Shown here: positions 8,544-16,631 of the stretch, in pieces
Layout of the letters: each line of letters starts with the position of its first letter
How positions within the stretch are numbered: the first letter of the stretch is position 1
Translations under genes and position numbers: made by a program
Assembly: GCA_903930675.1 (NCBI GenBank)
Contig: CAIYZJ010000007.1
Coordinates: 9,589 to 73,588, forward strand
DNA length: 64,000 bases
Source: an uncultured Hyphomicrobiales bacterium
Lineage (GTDB): Bacteria > Pseudomonadota > Alphaproteobacteria > Rhizobiales > Beijerinckiaceae
Reading direction: 5' to 3'
The notes under the pieces: model-generated
Seen by the model: only the letters and a program-made list of their open reading frames with translations
Databases searched by the model: none
What the model was told of the DNA's origin: nothing

Positions 8544-9044
8544 ATGACATTGATCAGTGAACAGTTTTTCAAACCCTATTCCCCATGTCACCTTGCCACT
8601 GCAAAGCCGTCGCGTGTGACGCCCGGGGCTTGCGCGTGCCAGAGCCCTGCCACCCGTCCGTTTCTGGCCGAAGGGCCGGACGGTGTGCGCAGGCGTCTGG
8701 GGTGTTTGCTCGACAAGGATATGGCCCAGCTCGAAAGCGGCAAAAGCATCACAAAACTGCTCAAACGCGGCAAGCTGATTGCCCGTTGGGCCCGAGCTGT
8801 CAAAGACATCACAACGCCCGCCTGTCGGGAGCAGACAAAGCCCGTATTGGCAGATGCCGCGCAAGCAGTGCCCCTTCAGACAGCCCCAAGGCAAGCCACA
8901 AGACAAGCCCCAAGACAAGCCCCAAGACAAGCCCCTCCACCATGGGAGCGGACCACGTCCGTGCCCTTGGGTGTGGAAGCCTTCCGGACCGCTGTGGCAA
9001 AGGAGCTGTCGTTGATCCGCGATAAAAAGGAAAATATTCCTTGA
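8544..9044 (+). CDS. Hypothetical protein with a (PRQA)n repeat; start uncertain (8451, 8544 or 8731)
   Basis: Open frame 8451..9044 with host-like third-position GC. No recognisable domain. Lies immediately upstream of the GTA cluster. Confidence 0.35.
   Translation: MTLISEQFFKPYSPCHLATAKPSRVTPGACACQSPATRPFLAEGPDGVRRRLGCLLDKDMAQLESGKSITKLLKRGKLIARWARAVKDITTPACREQTKPVLADAAQAVPLQTAPRQATRQAPRQAPRQAPPPWERTTSVPLGVEAFRTAVAKELSLIRDKKENIP
8887..8934 (+). repeat. In-frame 12-bp tandem repeat (CAAGACAAGCCC), 4 copies
   Basis: Copies at 8887-8898 (2 mismatches), 8899-8910, 8911-8922 and 8923-8934. It encodes the QATRQAPRQAPRQAP tract. Confidence 0.9.
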
Positions 9045-9127
9045 CATTGTGACGCTGCTCCGGTAGAGTTCATTCATCATCCGGTGTTGCGCTTTGTTCC
9101 GGTGACCCCATCCGTTTTATTCAATTC

Positions 9128-9158
9128 CGGGCATGGCAGCATTCTGCCGTGCCCTTTT
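9128..9158 (+). terminator. Canonical intrinsic terminator in the leader immediately upstream of GTA g1
   Basis: 11-bp stem GGGCATGGCAG / CTGCCGTGCCC (one G-U pair), loop CATT, then TTTTT. The g1 ATG at 9172 is 13 nt past the T-run. Confidence 0.65.
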
Positions 9159-9171
9159 TATTGGACCTGTC

Positions 9172-9717
9172 ATGACCCGAACTCTGGTGCAAATGATCGA
9201 GGCTCCGGTTGATGCTCCGCTTGATCGGGAGGAGCTGTGCCGTCTCTATCGCGACAGCGACGAGACGGTGGCCAGTCTGATGGCGCGGTCGGGATTGCGG
9301 CCCCCCGAATTCTATCAGCTGCTGCGTGATCAGGGTCTTGCGCTGAGGCGTCCGCGCCGCAATGGCCGCGTGGCGCATGATCCCGAAATGCCGCGCAAGC
9401 CGGTGCGCAGGGAGGATCTGATTGCGCGGTTGTGGGAGGCAGCGTCCGGCCATATGGCGCAAATCGAAACGCGGCTGGCGCGGCTTGATCGCGGGCAGGC
9501 CAGTGACACCCCGCCCGCCGGAACCGAAAGCGAGCTTCGCTTGATGGGCCTGATTGTCAAAACCCTGCGTGATCTGGCAGCTCTTGATGCGGATGTCGCA
9601 GGGGCGCGGAAGAAGGAGATGGTTCAAGATGACCTTGCCGCCGAACTGGCCACCTGCCCCGAAAGCATGCGCGCGGAACTGGCTCGACGTCTTGCTGGAT
9701 TGCGCGAAGGCCGGTGA
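9172..9717 (+). CDS. GTA g1-like protein (putative small terminase/DNA-packaging specificity subunit)
   Basis: Position directly upstream of and overlapping TerL, about 180 aa, Arg-rich helical protein. Assignment is by synteny. Start could also be ATG 9133. Confidence 0.6.
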   Translation: MTRTLVQMIEAPVDAPLDREELCRLYRDSDETVASLMARSGLRPPEFYQLLRDQGLALRRPRRNGRVAHDPEMPRKPVRREDLIARLWEAASGHMAQIETRLARLDRGQASDTPPAGTESELRLMGLIVKTLRDLAALDADVAGARKKEMVQDDLAAELATCPESMRAELARRLAGLREGR

Positions 9718-11026
9718 GGAAAAACGGGTCATTGCCTCGCTGAGCGAACGCGAGATCGAATTCATGCTGGCCGACTGGATGAGCTGGGCGCGGCCCGACC
9801 AGTGCCCGCCTGGTGTGTCGCAAGCCGGATTGCCGTGGACGGTCTGGCTGGTGCTGGGCGGGCGCGGAGCAGGAAAAACGCGGACAGGCGCGGAATGGGT
9901 GCGCGGCATGGCGCTCGGCCTGCCGCCCTTTGCCGACCGTCCTGCCGGACGCATTGCCTTGGTGGGCGAAACCCAAGCCGATGTGCGCGATGTGATGATC
10001 GAAGGCGTGTCGGGCCTGTTGTCGGTGCACCGGCGCGACGAACGGCCGGTCTGGCAGGCGTCCCGCCGCAGGCTGGAATGGCCCAATGGCACAATCGCGC
10101 AGGCCTTTTCGGCGGAAGATCCCGACAGTCTGCGCGGGCCGCAATTCGATGCCGCGTGGCTCGATGAACTGGGCAAATGGCGGCGCGCGGAAGAGACCTT
10201 CGACATGTTGCAATTCGGGTTGCGGCTGGGTGCGCAACCGCGCCAGACAGTGACGACAACGCCGCGGCCTGTGCCTTTGCTGAAACGGCTGATGGAAGAC
10301 CCTGCCACCGCCATTTCGCGGGCGGCCACCCGTGCCAATGCGTTTCATCTGGCACCGTCCTTTCTCGATGCCGTGGTCAAGCGTTATGCGGGCACGCGGC
10401 TGGGCAGGCAGGAGCTGGAAGGCGAGTGGCTGGACGAGCGCAACGATGCTTTGTGGTCGCGCGCCGCAATAGAAACCTGCCGGATCGGGGCGGGCGCAAT
10501 TCCGCCTTTGCAAAGGCTGGTGGTGGCGATCGACCCGCCGGCCAGCTCGAGCCGCAACTCGGATTCCTGCGGGCTGATTGTCGCGGGGATTGATGCCAAC
10601 CGCACGGTCCATGTGCTCGAGGATGCGACGCTGTCGCAAGCGCGTCCGCATGTCTGGGCCGGAAAGGCCGCTGCACTCTATCGGGACTACGAGGCCGATG
10701 CCGTGGTGATCGAAACCAATCAGGGCGGCGAGATGGCCGAGGCCGTGTTGCGGGAAGCCGATCCCGGCTTATCCGTGCTGCCGGTTCGCGCCACCAGAGG
10801 CAAGATGCTGAGGGCCGAACCTGTCGCACTTCTTTACGAACAAGGACGAGTGAAACATGCAGGACTTTTCCGTGAGCTTGAAGATGAAATGTGTGATTTC
10901 GGCCCTAACCAGGATGGTTGGGGCCTGTCGAACGGCCATTCGCCGGACCGGCTCGATGCTCTGGTCTGGGCTGTTACAGCTCTGGCACTGGGCCCGAAAG
11001 CAGCTCCGCGTGTGAGGCGGTTGTAA
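9629..11026 (+). CDS. Phage/GTA terminase large subunit (RcGTA g2 homologue)
   Basis: WARPDQ...VWLVLGGRGAGKTRTGAEWV (Walker A) ...AWLDELGKW (Walker B-like) ...VVAIDPPASS...CGLIVAG (nuclease). AAGGAG lies 10 nt upstream of ATG 9629. 89-nt overlap with g1. Confidence 0.92.
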   Translation: MTLPPNWPPAPKACARNWLDVLLDCAKAGEEKRVIASLSEREIEFMLADWMSWARPDQCPPGVSQAGLPWTVWLVLGGRGAGKTRTGAEWVRGMALGLPPFADRPAGRIALVGETQADVRDVMIEGVSGLLSVHRRDERPVWQASRRRLEWPNGTIAQAFSAEDPDSLRGPQFDAAWLDELGKWRRAEETFDMLQFGLRLGAQPRQTVTTTPRPVPLLKRLMEDPATAISRAATRANAFHLAPSFLDAVVKRYAGTRLGRQELEGEWLDERNDALWSRAAIETCRIGAGAIPPLQRLVVAIDPPASSSRNSDSCGLIVAGIDANRTVHVLEDATLSQARPHVWAGKAAALYRDYEADAVVIETNQGGEMAEAVLREADPGLSVLPVRATRGKMLRAEPVALLYEQGRVKHAGLFRELEDEMCDFGPNQDGWGLSNGHSPDRLDALVWAVTALALGPKAAPRVRRL

Positions 11027-11077
11027 GGGCCGCACGCCTTACGGCCTCCCGTAGTCTGACCCCGCAAGGATAACATC

Positions 11078-12274
11078 ATGAGCACTCTTTTCGACCGCTG
11101 GCTGCGGCGTGCTTTCGCACGTCCCGATCACAGCAAAACCTCCGCCACCGGCCCGATGATGGCACTATACCAGACGGGACGTCCGGTCTGGACGCCGCGC
11201 GATTATGCGAGCCTTGCCAAAGAGGGATTCCAGACCAATCCGATTGTCTATCGCGCCGTCCGCATGATTGCGGAAGCCGCCGCTTCGGTGCCTCTGCTGC
11301 TGTATGACGGCCGCAAGGAACTGGCCGATCATCCGCTGCTGCGGCTGATGGTTACACCCAATCCGCGCGATAGCGGCACGGTGTTGCGCGAAGCCCTGTT
11401 CGGCTATCTGCTGGTGTCGGGCAATGCCTATCTGGAAGCAGTGTCCGACAGCAAGCAGGTGCGCGAGCTCTATGCCCTGCGGCCCGACCGGATGCGGGTG
11501 GTGCCCGGCGCGGATGGCTGGCCTGCCGGTTACGCGTATCAGGTCGGCGGGCAATCGGTGCAGTTCGACCAGCATGCCGCCCCCGTGCCGCAGATCCTGC
11601 ATCTGACCCTGTTCCATCCGCTCAACGACCATTACGGCCTGTCGCCGATGGAAGCAGCGGCCGCCTCGATCGATATCCACAATGCGGCGGGGGGATGGAA
11701 CAAGGCGTTGCTCGACAATGCCGCACGACCCTCGGGGGCATTGGTCTATGCCGGACCTCCGGGTGCGACATTGGGGGCCGAACAATTCGAACGGTTGAAA
11801 AGCGAGCTGGAAGCCTCGTTTCAGGGTTCGGCCAATGCGGGGCGGCCCTTGTTGCTGGAAGGCGGGCTGGACTGGAAGCCGCTGTCGCTGACCCCGAAGG
11901 ACATGGACTTCATGGAAGCCAAAGCGGCAGCAGCGCGCGACATCGCGCTGGCCTTCGGCGTGCCGCCGATGCTGCTCGGCCTGCCCGGTGACAACACCTA
12001 CGCCAATTATGCCGAAGCCAACCGTATCTTCTGGCGGCAGACGGTGATCCCGCTCGCCAGCCGGATTGCCGACAGCATCGCGCATTGGCTGTCGCCGGTT
12101 TACGGGGCTGTGAAACTCCAGCCCGATCTCGACCGGATCGATGCCCTGTCGCAGGAGCGCGAGGCATTGTGGTCGCGCTTGGGCAAGGCCGATTTTCTCA
12201 GTGTCGACGAAAAGCGCGAGGCGGTCGGCTACGGCCCGTTGCATGGCGCATCGACCGGCAAGAACGAGCCATGA
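11078..12274 (+). CDS. HK97-family portal protein (RcGTA g3 homologue)
   Basis: 398 aa. NPIVYRAVRMIAEAAASVPLLLY...GNAYLEAV...MEAKAAAARDIALAFGVPPMLLGLPGDNTYANYAEANRIFW is typical of HK97 portals. Confidence 0.93.
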   Translation: MSTLFDRWLRRAFARPDHSKTSATGPMMALYQTGRPVWTPRDYASLAKEGFQTNPIVYRAVRMIAEAAASVPLLLYDGRKELADHPLLRLMVTPNPRDSGTVLREALFGYLLVSGNAYLEAVSDSKQVRELYALRPDRMRVVPGADGWPAGYAYQVGGQSVQFDQHAAPVPQILHLTLFHPLNDHYGLSPMEAAAASIDIHNAAGGWNKALLDNAARPSGALVYAGPPGATLGAEQFERLKSELEASFQGSANAGRPLLLEGGLDWKPLSLTPKDMDFMEAKAAAARDIALAFGVPPMLLGLPGDNTYANYAEANRIFWRQTVIPLASRIADSIAHWLSPVYGAVKLQPDLDRIDALSQEREALWSRLGKADFLSVDEKREAVGYGPLHGASTGKNEP

Positions 12275-12453
12275 GTCCGGGATTGGACATGATCATCGCA
12301 CGCGGGGATCTGGCCGATCTGGCCCTGTTCCTTTGGGCTTCGGGAGCCTCGACCGCGCTGGCTCTGGTGTTGCGCCAGCTCGGCGAGGCCAATCGCCGCT
12401 TCGATGAATTCATCCGGCAATTACACCACTTCAACAGCCATTGGGATGGCTGA
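12271..12453 (+). CDS. Small GTA protein at the g3.5 position (60 aa, one hydrophobic segment)
   Basis: ATGA overlap with the portal stop. Position equivalent to RcGTA g3.5. Confidence 0.55.
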   Translation: MSPGLDMIIARGDLADLALFLWASGASTALALVLRQLGEANRRFDEFIRQLHHFNSHWDG

Positions 12454-12460
12454 TTTTTTT
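12435..12460 (+). terminator. Intrinsic terminator-like hairpin plus T7 run inside the GTA cluster
   Basis: Stem CAGCCAT / ATGGCTG, loop TGGG, then A followed by TTTTTTT (12454-12460). It overlaps the g3.5 stop codon. Confidence 0.5.
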
Positions 12461-12483
12461 GTCTGCGATGGGAGACTTTTGCC

Positions 12484-12681
12484 ATGATTGACCGTTTGTC
12501 CGTCCGATTGCCGCGCCTTCCCGACACGCCCGATCATCCCGCTGTGACGGGAGAGGCCGAAAGGGTGCAAAGCCGTTTCTGGCAGCATCTGGTGCGTCTG
12601 ACTGCTCCGGCCCGCCGTGTCCGGCAAATCCGCAAAGGCTTTGCGTCCACGCGCGGCCTGTCGCTGGAGGGCGTGTTGTGA
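12484..12681 (+). CDS. Hypothetical 65-aa ORF between g3.5 and the prohead protease
   Basis: ATG start. Its stop overlaps the GTG start of the protease (GTGA). Third-position GC is host-like. No homologue recognised. Confidence 0.3.
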   Translation: MIDRLSVRLPRLPDTPDHPAVTGEAERVQSRFWQHLVRLTAPARRVRQIRKGFASTRGLSLEGVL

Positions 12682-13154
12682 GTGAACGGCACAGCGTGGG
12701 CACGGGCATGCCCGTGGGTGAATTCGACGGCTATGCCAGCCTGTTCGGCGTGCCCGATCTCGGCCGCGATGTGGTGGCCAGCGGGGCTTTCGGCGACAGC
12801 CTGCAGAGCCGCGGCGGTGCTGCGGGAATCCGTCTGTTGTGGCAGCACGACCCCGCCCAGCCCCTCGGTGTCTGGACCGATATCCGGCAGGACCAGCGCG
12901 GGCTGTATGTGCGCGGGGCTTTGAACCTGTCGGTGGCGCGCGGGCGCGAATTGTTCGCGCTGATGCAACAGGGCGCGGTGGCGGGCCTGTCGATTGGCTA
13001 CCGCACCCGGAAGGCCCATGCGGATGCCCGCCAACGGCTGCGGATTTTGACCCGCATCGACTTTTGGGAAGTGTCGCTTGTGACCTTCCCTCTACTGCCC
13101 TCGGCCCGTGTGATGCGGGTTGCGGGATCCCCCTCGAACCGGAGATACCCATGA
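12678..13154 (+). CDS. HK97-family prohead protease (RcGTA g4 homologue)
   Basis: EFDGYASLFGVPDLGRDVV..GAF...LLWQHD...PLGVW...GLSIGY...EVSLVTFP is the prohead protease signature. GTG start at 12678 (alternative ATG at 12708). Confidence 0.9.
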   Translation: MSERHSVGTGMPVGEFDGYASLFGVPDLGRDVVASGAFGDSLQSRGGAAGIRLLWQHDPAQPLGVWTDIRQDQRGLYVRGALNLSVARGRELFALMQQGAVAGLSIGYRTRKAHADARQRLRILTRIDFWEVSLVTFPLLPSARVMRVAGSPSNRRYP

Positions 13155-14440
13155 CACGATCCAATGTATCAGTGCAGCCTTCCCAGCTGCCTCCTGTTTT
13201 GCTGGCCCCGGAAGTCAAGGCTTTCGACGCCACGCCTGCCGATGCCCTCGACAGCGTCAACCGCCATTTCGAAGCCTTCAAGGACGAGAACGACACGCGC
13301 CAGTCGCTGGCCGAGAAAGGCCGTTCGGTCGATGTGCTGGTGGAAGAAAAACTCGCGCGCATTACGCAGGCGCTCGACGAGGCGCAGAGCCGTTTGGACA
13401 GCGCCTTGCGCCAGCAACGCCGCCCGATGCTCGACGGTGCGGAGCATGACGCGACCAGTCCGCAGCACCGCCAATACAAAAGCGCATTTCATGATTATAT
13501 GCGCTCGGGTGAAACCGCAGGGCTGAAAGCGCTCGAACTCAAGGCCCTGTCGGCAGGCAGTCCGACCGATGGCGGCTATCTGGTGACGCCGCCGGTCGAG
13601 CGCGAAATTCTCAAGCGCATGTCGGTGGCCTCGCCGATCCGCTCGATTGCTTCCGTCCAGCAGATTTCGACCGCGACCTATCGCAAGGCCTATTCGACCA
13701 CCGGACCGGGCTCGGGTTGGATCGGCGAAACCGTAACGCGTCCGCAAACCGCTTCGCAGGTGATTGCCGATCTGAGCTTTCCGACCATGGAACTCTATGC
13801 GATGCCTGCGGCCACGCAGACCCTGCTGGACGATGCGGCGGTCAATGTCGAACAATGGATTGCCGAGGAAGTGCAGGTGGTGTTTGCCGAGCAAGAAGGT
13901 GCGGCCTTCGTCAATGGCGACGGCGTGACCAAGCCGCTCGGCTTTATGACACCGCCCAAAATTGCGCAGGCGAATTGGATTTGGGGGCGTCTCGGCTATG
14001 TCGTCACCGGCCTGTCGGCAGGCTTCAACACCACCAACGGATCGGACGCTCTGATTGATCTGATCTATGAAGTGAAAGCGGGCTATCGCCAGAGCGGCAG
14101 TTTTGTGATGAACCGCAAAACACAGGCCGCGATCCGCAAGCTCAAGGCGACAACCGGCGAATATTTGTGGCAGCCTCCGGCCGTGCTGGGCCAGCCCGCC
14201 ACCTTGATGAATTTCCCGCTCGTCGAGGTCGAGGACATGCCCGATATTGCCGCGGACAGTTTCTCGGTCGCCTTCGGCAATTTCGCCCGCGCCTATCTGA
14301 TCGTCGACCGGATCGGCATTCGGGTGCTGCGTGATCCCTATTCCAACAAGCCCTATGTGATGTTCTACACCACCAAGCGCGTGGGCGGCGGCGTGCAGGA
14401 TTTCGACGCGATCAAACTGTTGAAATTCGGCACGGCCTGA
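13151..14440 (+). CDS. HK97-family major capsid protein (RcGTA g5 homologue)
   Basis: N-terminal coiled-coil delta domain (FEAFKDENDTRQSLAEKGRSVDVLVEEKL...), then GGYLVTPP...ELYAMPAAT...FVNGDGVTKP...YVMFYTTKRVGGGV. ATGA overlap with the protease stop, and GGAGA as RBS. Confidence 0.93.
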   Translation: MTRSNVSVQPSQLPPVLLAPEVKAFDATPADALDSVNRHFEAFKDENDTRQSLAEKGRSVDVLVEEKLARITQALDEAQSRLDSALRQQRRPMLDGAEHDATSPQHRQYKSAFHDYMRSGETAGLKALELKALSAGSPTDGGYLVTPPVEREILKRMSVASPIRSIASVQQISTATYRKAYSTTGPGSGWIGETVTRPQTASQVIADLSFPTMELYAMPAATQTLLDDAAVNVEQWIAEEVQVVFAEQEGAAFVNGDGVTKPLGFMTPPKIAQANWIWGRLGYVVTGLSAGFNTTNGSDALIDLIYEVKAGYRQSGSFVMNRKTQAAIRKLKATTGEYLWQPPAVLGQPATLMNFPLVEVEDMPDIAADSFSVAFGNFARAYLIVDRIGIRVLRDPYSNKPYVMFYTTKRVGGGVQDFDAIKLLKFGTA

Positions 14441-14449
14441 TGACGGGCC

Positions 14450-15196
14450 TCACCGTTTCAGGGTCTTGTCGATCCATGCACGGTGGGGTGCCAGCATGAT
14501 GCCCTGAGTCATCGTCCCGCAACGGGCCTGACCCTTGCCCTCGCTCCAGACCGTGATGGCTTGCAACACGCCGTCACGGTCAAAAATGCCGCCGCCGGAA
14601 TCGCCCGTGCAGGCACCCTGATTGGCTTGGCCCGAGAGCCAGAGCAACAGCTTGCCCTGTCCGTAGGGAGTGACCACGGGCAGTGTGATCTGCCGCAAAC
14701 TGCCGATGCTGTCGGGCTGTGACTCGTTAGACAATCCAAACCCCTGAATGGTCAGCCGCGTCTCTTTGGCCTGGGGCGGCTGGTTGGCAGGCGGCAATTG
14801 GCTTTGCGTGAATGTGTCGGGCAATGCGCGTTTGGTCTGGATGACGGCAAGATCGATCGAGCGGCTGCGTGCGGCAATGGCATCGCTGTGATAATCGGGA
14901 TGGATGGTGATGCGTTTGGGCTCTTCCATCACAGGCTTTCCGTCTGTCCCGCGCCAATGCAGCCGGTAGGCCGAACCGCCTGTCACGCAATGGGCGGCTG
15001 TCAGCACGGCATCGGGAGCAATCACCACGCCGGAACAGACCGTGCCGCGATCCGACAAGACCATCAGCATCGGGCTATCTCCGGCCGGCACGGTTTGTCC
15101 GCCGACAATCGCCCCTGCCGGTGGTGTGACCAGTAGCGTTGCGCCCAAGGCGAGCAGGATAACGGGCTTGCGGGGCCGGACATGGTTGTGGCGCAT
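14450..15196 (-). CDS. Secreted trypsin-like serine protease (peptidase S1 family)
   Basis: Signal peptide ending ...PPAGA, followed directly by IVGG. Catalytic motifs TAAHC, DLAVIQT and GDSGGG are present. It lies on the opposite strand inside the GTA cluster. Confidence 0.88.
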   Translation of the reverse strand: MRHNHVRPRKPVILLALGATLLVTPPAGAIVGGQTVPAGDSPMLMVLSDRGTVCSGVVIAPDAVLTAAHCVTGGSAYRLHWRGTDGKPVMEEPKRITIHPDYHSDAIAARSRSIDLAVIQTKRALPDTFTQSQLPPANQPPQAKETRLTIQGFGLSNESQPDSIGSLRQITLPVVTPYGQGKLLLWLSGQANQGACTGDSGGGIFDRDGVLQAITVWSEGKGQARCGTMTQGIMLAPHRAWIDKTLKR

Positions 15197-15259
15197 CACG
15201 GGTGAAGACCTGTTTCGGGATTGATTTTTTTTCTGATCCTCTCATCGGAGATTTTGCAG

Positions 15260-15820
15260 ATGTTGTCCATGCAATTGATCACGGAACCGGCCAGCGAGCC
15301 GGTGACGCTGGACGAGGCCAAGCTTTTTTTGCGCATCGACACCGCGGATGACGATGCCTTGCTGGCCACTCTGATCACGGCCAGCCGCCGTCTGGTCGAA
15401 CAGACCACCGGCAAATGTCTGTTGCTACAGACATGGCGGTTCGGGGTCGACCGCTGGCCTGTTTCCGCATTGCTGCGTTTGCCCTTGTCCCCCCTGTTGT
15501 CATTGTCGGCAGTGACGGTGATGGACGGAACGGGCAATCGGGTGGCGCAAACCCTCGCCAATTTCCCGATCAATGCGACCAGCGTGCCGCCGACAATCCA
15601 GGCCAAAACCGTGCCGTCTTCCGGTGCTGTTTGCGAAGGTGGAATCCAGCTTGATGCCGTGTTCGGTTATGGCACCACCGCTGCCTCTGTGCCGCAGCCT
15701 TTGCGGCTGGCGGTACTGATGGTGGCTGCCCAATTTTACGAGACGCGCGGGCAGGGTGAAACCATCCTGCCCGGGGCCGTCCGGACCCTGATTGCCCCGT
15801 TTGTCAGGAGAACCTTATGA
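15260..15820 (+). CDS. Head-tail connector/adaptor protein (RcGTA g6 homologue)
   Basis: EPVTLDEAKLFLRIDTADDDALLATLITASRRLVEQTTGKCLL.QTW is the gp6-like head-tail connector N-terminus. GGAG lies 9 nt upstream of ATG 15260. Confidence 0.8.
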   Translation: MLSMQLITEPASEPVTLDEAKLFLRIDTADDDALLATLITASRRLVEQTTGKCLLLQTWRFGVDRWPVSALLRLPLSPLLSLSAVTVMDGTGNRVAQTLANFPINATSVPPTIQAKTVPSSGAVCEGGIQLDAVFGYGTTAASVPQPLRLAVLMVAAQFYETRGQGETILPGAVRTLIAPFVRRTL

Positions 15821-16182
15821 GCACGCCCTTGCATGAAGCCGTTGTGCTGGCCCGCGATCCCGCACTGGCCGGACGTCTGCGTGACCGGCTGAGCGTGGAA
15901 ATCCCGATTGACGCGCCCGACGGTTATGGCGGGATGACCCGCAGCTATCAGGTCAGCACCAAGGTCTGGGGGGTGATCGTGCCCTTCCGGATCTGGACAG
16001 GACGCGGACCCGATCAGGACGGGCAGGTGATCAGCCAGTTGGTGGTGATGCGCTGGCGCAATGATATCGAAACCGGCATGCGCCTGCGCAAAGGCTCGCG
16101 CATCTTGCGGATCTGCCAGCTGGCCGATGCCGACGGGCGGCGCATGCGCATGGTGTGTCTGTGCGAGGAGGATCACGCATGA
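15817..16182 (+). CDS. Head-tail joining/stopper protein (RcGTA g7 homologue)
   Basis: 121 aa, ATGA-coupled to g6. Size, position and the pattern DGYGG....W..V..VWG.I.P are typical of head closure proteins. Confidence 0.7.
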   Translation: MSTPLHEAVVLARDPALAGRLRDRLSVEIPIDAPDGYGGMTRSYQVSTKVWGVIVPFRIWTGRGPDQDGQVISQLVVMRWRNDIETGMRLRKGSRILRICQLADADGRRMRMVCLCEEDHA

Positions 16183-16631
16183 GTGCGACAGTTCCGGTGA
16201 TTACAGGTCCGGTGCTCGCCTTGCGGGCGGGCCTGCGCAATTTCTGGTTGGCTGATCCGGTGCTGCCGGGTCTGCTGGGCGGGGAGAAAATTTATGACAC
16301 GGCCCCGCGCTCGGTGGTGCCGCCTTATGTCACCTTCGGCAGTGTCAGCGCCAGACAATGGCTGGCCAGCAGCTTGCGCGGGCATGAGCAGGCGGTGTCG
16401 GTCTCGGTCTGGTCCCGCCAGATGTCCGACCGCGAAAGTCTGGAGATTGCCAGCCGTTTGAGCCTGATCAGTGACGGGGCCGTGCCGGCAATAGCGGGCT
16501 ATCAGCTCTGGCCCTTGCAGGTGGTGATGCTGGATTGTCCGCAAGGCAATCTGCCGGACAATCCGCAAGGTTTACGACAGGTTGTGGTGACCCTGCGCGC
16601 ATTCAGTGCACCATTGAGCAGCTCTCAGTAA
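16179..16631 (+). CDS. DUF3168-type tail terminator protein (RcGTA g8 homologue)
   Basis: 150 aa, ATGA-coupled to g7. KIYDTAPRSVVPPYVTFGSVSAR fits the DUF3168 pattern. Confidence 0.7.
   Translation: MSATVPVITGPVLALRAGLRNFWLADPVLPGLLGGEKIYDTAPRSVVPPYVTFGSVSARQWLASSLRGHEQAVSVSVWSRQMSDRESLEIASRLSLISDGAVPAIAGYQLWPLQVVMLDCPQGNLPDNPQGLRQVVVTLRAFSAPLSSSQ

Noticed and set aside
12839-13150. N-terminal 104-codon extension of the capsid ORF (533-aa version)
   Set aside because: The extension lies inside the prohead protease gene in another frame. The ATG at 13151 has a GGAGA RBS and ATGA coupling, and it gives a normal capsid of about 429 aa with a delta domain.
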